From the NCBI RefSeq assembly GCF_964204645.1, contig NC_134034.1, positions 9,436,962-9,500,961 on the forward strand: a stretch of 64,000 bases of DNA, read 5' to 3'. Shown one piece after another: positions 52,701-62,020 of the stretch (its first letter is position 1; each line of letters begins with the position of its first letter). Position numbers and translations under genes: made by a program. The DNA comes from Tubulanus polymorphus. Taxonomy: Eukaryota; Animalia; Nemertea. The notes below the pieces were generated by a model that was not told the DNA's origin, did not search any database, and saw only the letters and a program-made list of their open reading frames with translations.

Positions 52701-54585
52701 CTGCACTGTGTTCATATTCACAAAAGTAACAATGATAATCCTCACGATTAGAATGTCTATGCTCAAATCTGTGAAATTTCGTTCAGAGTTGTCATTTCTT
52801 CTTCCACAACAGACAGTTCACTGGCTTTGTCTTTTGCACGTCTTCGTAATGTTTCGATTGTGTAAGAAGGGAAAGCGCTCTTTTCTCCCCAGCAGGGTCT
52901 GCGAGTGTCCCTGAAGTTGAATTCAATGAAATAATGTCCGTTTCGAGGCGTCTCTTTTTCGATGCGAATTTAACTAACTCATCTTCATAGAAAGTCTCAA
53001 TAGAAGAGCTTGACAATCATTGTAGAAACTCAGTTTAGCATCTTTTATTGCCACTTTGGTTGCAGAGCCAACTTTGACCTGAAAATCAATATTGGACAAA
53101 CATGAATTAGGATAAATTTTCTCTGAAAAATATCTACACTACAAAAGTGCAGCAATAAATATCACATTCACAGCTAGTTCCTATTAATGTAACATTTGAT
53201 GAATATGATCTTCCAGGACAATTGAATATAAAGGCCTATGTAAAATGCAATTTCTTTAAAAGGTTCTTACCTTAACAGGGAGAACTTTCTTCTCAAAATC
53301 AACATTTGTAATCTTGTACTAGTAACAGCAGACTGCATAACTTCAGGATCAACATAATCGTAACATAAGCCCTTGCTTGGCCGAGCAAATGGCCGAATAA
53401 CTTGTCAATTGGGACTGTATTTTATAGCTCCCTCCACGAATAATGAGGTGCCCTTGTCACATGAGCAGAATCAATTCCCCTTTCTCCAAGCCTGGATCTC
53501 CCCTGCAGCAATCAACAAAGTATATTGGAGTATCACTATACCTAATTAATCTTGGACTCCTTTCTTCCATGAACTTTGAAGTAGGATCAATCAAACATAA
53601 CTTTAAACAATGAAGTTTTTTTCGTTAATGATAATGCAACTCTAAAGTATTAGGAATTTCAGACTGAAATTGAGCGGAAAATCAGCTGAAATAGAACGCT
53701 GTGGGGTACCAAATTAAGCTCTTTTTCAGCTCAATTTCAGCCAGAAAATATTTCAATTAATACTGCTGATTTTCAGCCTTTTGTTGCCAGGCGTATAGAG
53801 CTGAAATCTAGCTGAATTTTCAGACATATATAAATTCTGCCTTTTTTCAGCTGGTTTTCAGCCACACAATTTTCTGCTTATTTCCAGCTCATTTTCAGTC
53901 CATTTTCCGCTCATAATTCAGCTCTATTTCAGCTCAAATTCAGCAATGGGCTGATAGTGAATATGTCACCATGCCTACCAACTGAAGTTCGTTACGTAGG
54001 CATTGAAAAATATTGTTAAACTTTCAAATCATGGAGTCACATCTCTCCATTTAACCCCTTTCAGTGAAGACTTTTTGGATATCCTTCAATACAGTTTCTA
54101 ATGGATTAAAAAATGATGATTTAGGTCGACTGCTTGTCCTTTCTGGTCCCATTAAGACCTTTACCAGGTATGTACTACCAAAAATGAGCGAGCCAGGCCA
54201 CCCGGAATGCTCTCAAGTCAGGTTGAAATCACAGGCGTTGAATGTGGGCTGGTTGAAATAGACATTAGTAGACCCTAACCCTATCGAAACCACAGGGGCT
54301 CGTATCAGAGTTGTAGGTAATGTAAAATATAATCTGTTAGTGTTAATCCAATGTATATAGTATATTATTTTATATATACTATATACATTGGATTAACAGA
54401 TTATCGTTTTTACATTACCTTCAACTCTGATACGAGCCCCTGTGATCGAAACCCTAACACTAAACCCAGACTGTCCCAGTAAGGCCTAATGATTTAATTG
54501 TTTTACCGTGTTGACAGCTCGGTATCTGATCCTTATCTTCAACTTCATCATCTACAAATCTTATTCCTTGAATATTACGATTCAT
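46761..54585 (-). CDS. ZCCHC4: rRNA N6-adenosine methyltransferase ZCCHC4, ~483 aa
   Basis: Exons (minus) 54585-54507, 51355-51163, 50830-50644, 50216-50122, 49930-49861, 49511-49310, 48888-48785, 48188-48073, 47836-47761, 47452-47332, 47244-47157, 46881-46761 (1452 nt). GRF Zn finger (CQHGP...FYACSACRDRSRC), QYLF, VLCIGCPRIHE, LLLDMD, catalytic DPPFGG, Cys-rich C-terminal domain, CCHC knuckle CFICGENGHKVKDC. The last intron is modelled as GC-AG. Confidence 0.92.
50295..50622 (+). repeat. 77-bp tandem satellite (~4.3 units), same family
   Basis: Same unit, in a ZCCHC4 intron. Confidence 0.9.
51750..51920 (-). mobile_element. tRNA-derived SINE-like element with CCCTAA repeats
   Basis: Minus strand TGGTCTAGTAGG ... 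GGTTCGAATCCC, next to a CCCTAACCC tract. Confidence 0.5.
51924..54268. mobile_element. MITE with ~210-bp imperfect TIRs, interrupted by a CACTA-terminus element
   Basis: 51924-52139 is the imperfect reverse complement of ~54010-54268. Confidence 0.7.
52140..53959. mobile_element. CMC-superfamily (CACTA/EnSpm or Chapaev-like) non-autonomous DNA transposon, 1820 bp
   Basis: AAT|CACTATCAGTCCATTG...CAATGGGCTGATAGTG|AAT: CACTA termini, 3-bp TSD, and subterminal GAGCGGAA/GCTGAAA repeats at both ends. Confidence 0.8.
54291..54444. mobile_element. Foldback MITE, copy B (P- or hAT-like, 8-bp TSD)
   Basis: Palindrome flanked by an ATCGAAAC direct repeat. Confidence 0.8.
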
Positions 54586-55489
54586 CCTTTCTGAATATCT
54601 ACATTAAACTCATAATATCAACAAATGATCCAGCGCGTGATTAGAATTTCAGGGACATCGCTCAAAATAGAACAGCCGCTGACAGGTAATCCGTAATTCC
54701 CGGCATAGGTTTAGGACTTATAATAGGTATATTAAAGCCACGCGAGAATTTAAGATATCTATAGATTATGGCATCCAGATCATTTTCTAAAAAGGATAAA
54801 AATGATTAAACTATGTAAAATATTCTGTAAGATCTAGGTATTTATGAACGAACGAAGTCTTTACACAATGAACAAAATACTTGAATTTAAATTTCAGGGA
54901 TAAAGCTCAAAACAGGACGGCTGCATGAAGGTAAACACTAACTCACGGAGCCAGACTTAGATTAAGATGTTTCGAAGGAAAACCAAAATATCCAACAATT
55001 ATGACCATGAATTCGATATCGAGATAAACAGTAAAATTGGATTTTAAACTACATCCTTAATTTTTCAATTCATACGGTTGCTAAATACAAACGCAAAAGA
55101 GTGTAAAATATATTGTATTGAATTGCATTTATTCAGATTTATTTTATTTTGATTTTATTGAACAAAAACAGATCATTCATGGAAATAATAATCTAAACGC
55201 AAACCAAAGGGCGATCTATAAATGTTATTGATACCCTACTTAAGAAGAGAGTTATCGGTGCAACCTGAAGTGAATCCTGAACTAAGTAAAAGCCCAGCTG
55301 AGCTTGCCTTTTGACTTGTTTAACTTTTTGTTTAGTTAACCCGAAGAAAGTACGTCAAAATCAGTCGTGAGGACTCTTTTTCCGACAGATGCTGTCAAGT
55401 TTTTAAGAGTAGACGACCCAGCTGTCAACCTCTTCAATTTTTCACCAACACGACTAAGCTTACGTACCATGGGTGAACTATCAAATGGG

Positions 55490-56140
55490 TGGCTGGGTAG
55501 GCGACCAAGCTACCATGGTGCAGCTTCCCAGTTCATCACTGTGTAGACTTAAACATCTACCCAGATGAAGGAGTTACTGAGCTAAAAGCTTGGTAAAGGA
55601 AAAATACCAAGTAGGCAATTAAGCTACCAAGTTAGTTACCAAGCTACTTAGCCGGCAAACATGCAATTAGGAAGCTAAGCCACAAGTAGGTCGCCTTGTG
55701 TCCAAACCAAAAACCAGTTAGCAACAAGTTGGGCAGCTGAGCTACCAAGCTGGTGACCAAGCTACTAAGCCAGTATAGCCTACATTGTACTACCACTTGG
55801 TTAGGCTGCAAGCCACTTGCTTCAAGCAACCAGGAAACCCTACAAGCTACCAAGTAGGCAGCTAAGCTACCAGGCTGGTGACCAAGCGGCGGAGCTGGTT
55901 AACAACCAAGAAGGAGGCTACGATACTAAATAGGTGGCTAAGCCGCAAAGTTGGCGACCAAGCTTCCAACAAGTCCGCAGACATCTCGAGTAGGAGTATG
56001 TATGAGGCTAAGTTTCAAAAACAAAAAGCCCGCCGGCTACTAACATTTAGCAGCTCAGCCACCAAGCTACCAAGCCAGTACAACCAAAGGAAGCCGAGCA
56101 ACCAATAATGACTGCAAGTTACCAAGAAGCCAGCTAAATA
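55490..56140. repeat. Degenerate CAAGCTACCAAG-rich repeat upstream of NPHP3
   Basis: Many CAAGCTAC/ACCAAG motifs; blocks 55606-55790 and 55850-56085 are partly duplicated. Confidence 0.65.
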
Positions 56141-56250
56141 AGACGACCTAGAAAAACAATTGCTGTGCCTGCCTTGAGAATTCAAGAAACCCGAGCTGGG
56201 GCCGCACTGTCGACCGGGCACAAAAGTTAAAGCTATAGCAAGTGGAAGAA

Positions 56251-59200
56251 ATGGGTACAACCGGCTCACTGGTTCACCCTAACGACGAAGACGACGTCCT
56301 GGGAGATGGAGTCATCAAACGTATTCCGATCGAGGTCAAACCCCGAGGGAAACTCGGTCTGCGATCGGTCGGTTCATTCGGCAGCAAAAAACAAAAAGGC
56401 GGCAGTCTACGCTCGGCGTTGTCGCTCGATCTCGAAAGTCCGGAGGTCGAAAAAATCAAACGCGAATTCGAAATGTACCGCTTGCAAAAGGAGAGCGAAA
56501 TGGCGAATTTGGAAAAACAAGAGCACAAATTTCACATGGAGAATAAACGCATGCGATCTGAATTGCAAGCGCTGCAGAAAACGTGCGCCAAGCTACGCGC
56601 CGAAAAGGACGCGGCTTTAGACGCCGAGCAACAGGCGCTGATACGCGCGGCTTCCTTCGAAAACGAGAAGAACAAAATCCAACGCCAATTCAAGATCTTT
56701 CGCGAAACGAAAGAGAGCGAAATTCAGAATTTCCTCCGCGCTCGTCGCGACCTTGAAGGCAAAATACTGCAGAAAAACAACGGCCTGATGATCGTCGAGG
56801 ATCTAGAAACCAGTTCGAAAATCGGCGGCGCCGACGATAGTACGGTCGGTAGCATGAACGCCGGCGATTGGTGGCCGACTTTGAGCAGCGACCAATCGCT
56901 GGGCAGCTCGTCGCAGCTGCATTTCCCGGCTTTCCGCGGTCCGGAGTTCGCCTGCAGTCAGCTAGAAATCGACGGCCCGTTCGTGAACGTGACGCGCGAG
57001 GATTGGTTATCGGCTTCGGCCAATCTGTCGTCGCAGACTGACGGGTTACCGTCTGCTGACGCCCCGGCGACTTCTACGCGTAAAACCATTCGCGTGTACA
57101 TCGCGTGTCCAGTCGCCGCGAAACGATATTTCAAAATCGTCTGCGACAGTTACGTCGATAGTCTCGGTCGGGTCTGTTCGGAAGAGGGTCGCGAGTTGTT
57201 GGTCGTTTATTTGCCCGACGATCACGAGTCGTCTGCCCGTGACGTAAGCGATTTCGACTCGCTATTGCGTCAAAATTCCGCGTCGAAAACTCGTCAAATT
57301 CAGCAATCGAATATTTTCGTCGGCATCTTGGGAAGCGACGTCGACCGGTTTACCGAAATGGAATACCGCGTCGGGCATTTAGATAGTCCCGGATCGAAGC
57401 AGGTTTTATTCTGGTTCATCGCGGATGACACCGGCAGCGGTGGGCTCCAGGAATCGGACAGTCTGAAGGACCAGGTTCGCGATAGCGGCAATTGTAAAAT
57501 CGTTGAAGGCGACGACGTCGAATCGTTCGCGAAAGAACTCGAAAATCTGATAAAGATCGAACTCTCGTGCGTCGATTCGAATCGAAATAACGAATTCGGA
57601 ACGCAGTATAACGATGCGGAAATGCCCGAACAGTTGTGCGGTGGTAAAGTGTGGGACGTGAACTGCGATCGCGAACAGTTGGAATTCTTCCAGCGCGCTT
57701 TGATATCGTCGTGCGAATTGGAATTCGAGCGTTATTACGAGACTCTGAACGGCCACCTGTCATCGCCGGGTCCACTGCCGCCGCTGTTGATCCGCGGTGC
57801 GCCCGGCTCCGGTCGCACACTGTTACTGGCCAAGTGGATACAATTTCAGCGTTATAAACCCAGCTGCGGGATCGTGCTGTATCATTTCGTGGCCGACACG
57901 TGCAGCACGAGCGCAGACGCCGTCGCCATGATCCGCCGCCTGACCGTCCAGTTAACGCGCCGCATCACAGCACCCCCGCCGACCTTGTCGACCGATCCCG
58001 ACCGCATCGTCGACGAGTTCCCGCGCTGGCTGGAGAAAATCTCGTCGCGAACTCGCGGCGGCGTTCTCCTAGTTCTCGACTGCGCCGATCGTTGCGACCA
58101 ACCAGAGAAACACCTGAAATGGTTGCTCGATCCGCTGCCTGTCGACACACGGGTTATCGTTGCGGCCGATGACAGCTGTCCGCAGTCATGGAGATCGTGG
58201 CCGACGCTACGACTTCAACCCCTCGGTACCAGAAGCATCAAAGAGCTGCTGCGAATCGAATTATCCAGTTTTGGTTTGAGTCTGAACGCCGATCAGGAGA
58301 GTTACGTTTTAACTCATTGTCGCACTAGCGCCACCTGTAATCCGCTTTACGTAACCGTGCTGATCAGCGATATATGCCGCTGTAATAACTACGACCTTGA
58401 CCGACGTCTGAAACTGCTGCTCTCGACGACCGATTGCGTCTCGTTGTACAAAACAGTGATCGCCACGATCGCGCAGCAATTCGAGATCGACACCGAAACG
58501 CCGCCGGCAGGTGGCGTCCCGGTCGCCGCAGACGTTTTACGTTTCGTTTACGTCGCGCGTAACGGACTATCGGAAAACGAATTGTTGCGTTTGTTGCCGT
58601 GTGTGACGTGGAATTTCCTGGCGCCGCTGGTCGACGCGCTGACCGATCGGCACGTGTTGGCCTATCGGTCGGGTTTGCTGGTACTCGCTCACGGCCAGGC
58701 GCGTCAAGCCATTCGCGAGTTATACCTGGGTGGATCCGACGCCAAGCTGATCGACTCGGTGCGCCGGTCTCTGATCGATTATTACCGCGGGTTCCTGCGC
58801 CCGGGCGCCGTTACTTGTCGTGTCGTCGACGAACTGCCCTGGCATATCAAACAGCTCGACTCGAAAGACGAACTTCGCCAGTGTCTGCTCGTTTTGTGCA
58901 TATTTCAGCGTTTGTACTGCAGAGGGCGCTGCGGCGAGTTGCTGGACTACTGGAAGTTCATCGGCGTCGACAAAACGCTGATGGCGCGTGAATATTTCGG
59001 TTGTATCAAACATCTCGAAGGTCGTCTGGACGAATTCGACGGAGCGGTAACTCTGCCTCGCGTGGCTGATTTGTGCGAGGTTCTGGGTCGCTTTCTATGC
59101 GATGTCGGTTTGTTGAGCCAGGCGGCAGCACCGTTGCAGCACGCGTTAGAGCTGCGCGAATCGGCTCTCGATCCCGACGACCCGAAAGTCGCTCAGTCGC

Positions 59201-60288
59201 TGCACCAACTCGCCGGGCTACACGCCCAATGGGGTAAATACGTCACGGCCGAACAGCTTTACAAACAAGCGCTGGAAATCTACGAAAACGCCACCGGGCC
59301 CGACAGTTATAACGTCGCCAAGCAACTCGATTCGCTATCGGTTTTGTACCAGCGTCAGGATAAACACGAACTGGTAGAACCGTTACGGCGACGGGCGGCG
59401 ACCATCCGCAAAAAACTGAACCAATCGCGCGCGGCGGCCGTTGCGGCTAAGACATCGCGCGCCCCATCGAGCAGTCTGCAACAACGCGCGTTACAGCTAG
59501 AAGAGCTCACTCTCGTCGGTGAGGAATCGATCGACGTCGCTAGAACTCTCAACGAGCTCGGAGTTCTTTACTACCTGCAAAACGACGCGAAAACGGCCGA
59601 AACGTTCTTCAAACGTTCGTTCGAAATGCGTCGTAAGTTGCTGGGCGATAAACACGCCGATGTGGCGCAATCGGCGAATAACCTGGCCGCGTTGTACAAC
59701 GATCAGAAACAGTACGATCAGGCGGCGCCACTGTACGAATTGGCGTTGGAGATACGACGTAAGAACAGTCCGGTTTCGCATCAGAGCATAGCCTCAATCG
59801 TTAAACACCTGTCGATGTTATACAAAAAGCAAGGCAAACTATCGCGAGCGGAGCCGCTGTATCGCGAGGCGATAGAAATCCGCGAGAAGGTCTTCGGACC
59901 GAATCATCCGTCGGTGGCGACGGCGATGGTGAATTTAGCCGTCGTCTGCTGTCAGTTGGAACAGCAGACGGAGGCGTTGCCGCTGTACGAACGGGCGCTG
60001 CGTGTGTACGAGGACTCGCTGGGCGCGACGCACCCGCGCGTCGCCGAAACGTTGCGCAACCTGGCCGTGTTGCACTACGAGCGCACCGACTACGAAACGG
60101 CGGCGAAATTCTATAAACGCGCGACTGAAATTAAGCCGCCGCAAAGACACGAGGACGACGTGCCTCCTCAAACAGCGCCGTCGTTAGATAACGTCTCTGG
60201 ACTACGCGGTCCGCGACCTCGTAGTTCCTCGAGCGACGAAACGAAATCAACCGTTAAACTCGAACTCGAAGAATCTACGGACCTTTAG
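56251..60288 (+). CDS. NPHP3: Nephrocystin-3 (myristoylated N-terminus, coiled coil, STAND-like NTPase region, TPR repeats); single-exon CDS, 1345 aa
   Basis: Uninterrupted ORF. MGTTGSLV start, IPIEVKP, ENKRMRSELQALQKT, RQFKIFRETKESEIQ, PPLLIRGAPGSGRTLLLAKW, WLLDPLP and C-terminal kinesin-light-chain-type TPRs match NPHP3. The ORF track start at 56242 is GTG; the first ATG is 56251. AATAAA at 60695. Confidence 0.93.
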   Translation: MGTTGSLVHPNDEDDVLGDGVIKRIPIEVKPRGKLGLRSVGSFGSKKQKGGSLRSALSLDLESPEVEKIKREFEMYRLQKESEMANLEKQEHKFHMENKRMRSELQALQKTCAKLRAEKDAALDAEQQALIRAASFENEKNKIQRQFKIFRETKESEIQNFLRARRDLEGKILQKNNGLMIVEDLETSSKIGGADDSTVGSMNAGDWWPTLSSDQSLGSSSQLHFPAFRGPEFACSQLEIDGPFVNVTREDWLSASANLSSQTDGLPSADAPATSTRKTIRVYIACPVAAKRYFKIVCDSYVDSLGRVCSEEGRELLVVYLPDDHESSARDVSDFDSLLRQNSASKTRQIQQSNIFVGILGSDVDRFTEMEYRVGHLDSPGSKQVLFWFIADDTGSGGLQESDSLKDQVRDSGNCKIVEGDDVESFAKELENLIKIELSCVDSNRNNEFGTQYNDAEMPEQLCGGKVWDVNCDREQLEFFQRALISSCELEFERYYETLNGHLSSPGPLPPLLIRGAPGSGRTLLLAKWIQFQRYKPSCGIVLYHFVADTCSTSADAVAMIRRLTVQLTRRITAPPPTLSTDPDRIVDEFPRWLEKISSRTRGGVLLVLDCADRCDQPEKHLKWLLDPLPVDTRVIVAADDSCPQSWRSWPTLRLQPLGTRSIKELLRIELSSFGLSLNADQESYVLTHCRTSATCNPLYVTVLISDICRCNNYDLDRRLKLLLSTTDCVSLYKTVIATIAQQFEIDTETPPAGGVPVAADVLRFVYVARNGLSENELLRLLPCVTWNFLAPLVDALTDRHVLAYRSGLLVLAHGQARQAIRELYLGGSDAKLIDSVRRSLIDYYRGFLRPGAVTCRVVDELPWHIKQLDSKDELRQCLLVLCIFQRLYCRGRCGELLDYWKFIGVDKTLMAREYFGCIKHLEGRLDEFDGAVTLPRVADLCEVLGRFLCDVGLLSQAAAPLQHALELRESALDPDDPKVAQSLHQLAGLHAQWGKYVTAEQLYKQALEIYENATGPDSYNVAKQLDSLSVLYQRQDKHELVEPLRRRAATIRKKLNQSRAAAVAAKTSRAPSSSLQQRALQLEELTLVGEESIDVARTLNELGVLYYLQNDAKTAETFFKRSFEMRRKLLGDKHADVAQSANNLAALYNDQKQYDQAAPLYELALEIRRKNSPVSHQSIASIVKHLSMLYKKQGKLSRAEPLYREAIEIREKVFGPNHPSVATAMVNLAVVCCQLEQQTEALPLYERALRVYEDSLGATHPRVAETLRNLAVLHYERTDYETAAKFYKRATEIKPPQRHEDDVPPQTAPSLDNVSGLRGPRPRSSSSDETKSTVKLELEESTDL

Positions 60289-61419
60289 CGACTCCACCTA
60301 TTAGAGAATCGGCACACCAGCTTTCAGATGGCGCCACAAGCGGCCCGAGTAGCTCAGTAAGATAAAACGTGATGCTGTTACATTGGTTAACAGCGCCGAG
60401 TGACAAACGGTTTCGAGTCCTGCTTGCTGTAAACAATGTACGGCACCTGAAAGGCCGTGGTTTCGTCGTAAGGTCAAATGAACAATCGAATAGTCGCGGG
60501 AAACAGAGATCTGAACGACTGGAAGCAAAACAAACAAATAAACAAACATATCTTTAGAAATCAGTAACGTAGTTCGTAGTTGGATCAAATAAACGTCACA
60601 GAAATACACGTCATACGTGATACCGTGATACCGTCCTACCTTCCAGGTATGATATACCGGTCAATTCTACAGTACCGAATCAGATTCCGCCTTGAATAAA
60701 AGCATTATTTGTGTCTCTAAAAAGTTTAAATGCGAATGAATTTGATATTTATATATTTTGTATCATTAAAAAAATAGATTCAGCTTGCATTTTACATGAT
60801 TACATGTTGTTGTGTGTTTGAGTTATCTGTTTGAGTAAGGATCTCGAACTGTCTATAGCCGTTGACTAGTGGGTACTTTCAGTTCAAGGCCAGCAAACTG
60901 ATATAATGCAGGGAATGGTAAGTGGATCGGCTGTTCTCAGCGGATTAAGAGAGCGACGTGGCCGTGAAATTATTTACGGCTTGATGCAAAGGCTAGAGGA
61001 CCACCCGACGATAAATGTACCACTCTGTTCGGTAACCCGGTCAAACCAGTAGAATAGAATAGAAATATTGCATAATGTTATCGCCAATGAATAATATGAT
61101 CTAATATTGACGATCAAAAAAGTATATTTTGAATTGGAATATATCGACAATGAAGTGAACTGATCGGCAACCAGTCTAACTTGTCTTAGCCAATAGTGAC
61201 GACGTAGTACACAAACACTCAAACATTCATGATCAAAAAGACATGAAAAATTCATTGGAGTAAAAAAAGTTATCAAATTTATTCAACGGAATGCATGCCG
61301 AATTCACAATTGTATATGATTGTTGATATTTTGAACCGCTAATATTGATGACGTAGTACGCATCTACTCACACGGAACCCCATAAATAACGCATAGTTCA
61401 TGTAGTTATCAATGTATAT

Positions 61420-61752
61420 GTTGCATAGGATGCTTCATGTTTAATTATAACAAATCCATGCTACCTGATTCTTTTAATAACTATTTTCAATTTCGACATG
61501 AAATCCACAATTATCAAACTCGTAACCAAAACAATATGGAAATCCCTCGATTTCAAACTCGAAGAAATAAATTTTCGGTAAAGGTTTCTGGTCCAAAACT
61601 TCACTCGATTCAACTTTAAAGCAGTCGAAGAATGTTTATGTATTTAAAAAGAATTTCAAGCAGTATCTGTTAACGGGTCAATAGTAATTTAACATTTGTT
61701 TAATATGCGTTTATAGGTCGATCTGAACTTAACTTGTCATTATGGATGTGTG

Positions 61753-61804
<52 letters not shown>

Positions 61805-62020
61805 TGTGTATGCGCATGCGTGAGTGTTGTGGTGCAGGGTTGTGTACATGTGTGTGTGTGCGTGCGTGTGTTTGATTTCTATGGGCGCCAGGGCCATGTT
61901 TCATGGATATAAGTTTGTAACTTCTCCTGGTGTCCATCGACTTGAATTACATTATTTTATTATATTATCTTGTTGTAATTTTCTAGTGTAATTTAATTCG
62001 TTAATAAAGAATAATAATAT
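61420..62020 (+). mobile_element. CR1/L2-group LINE 3' fragment with microsatellite
   Basis: MFNY..LPDSFNNYF...HNYQTRN...FSVKVSGPKL...FKKNFKQYLL is a typical RT C-terminus; the 3' UTR ends in AATAAAGAATAATAAT. Confidence 0.6.
61747..61870. repeat. (TGCG)n/(TG)n microsatellite
   Basis: Read directly from the sequence. Confidence 0.9.

Noticed and set aside
56274-60187. Many overlapping or antisense ORFs within NPHP3
   Set aside because: Shadow ORFs of a GC-rich coding sequence.
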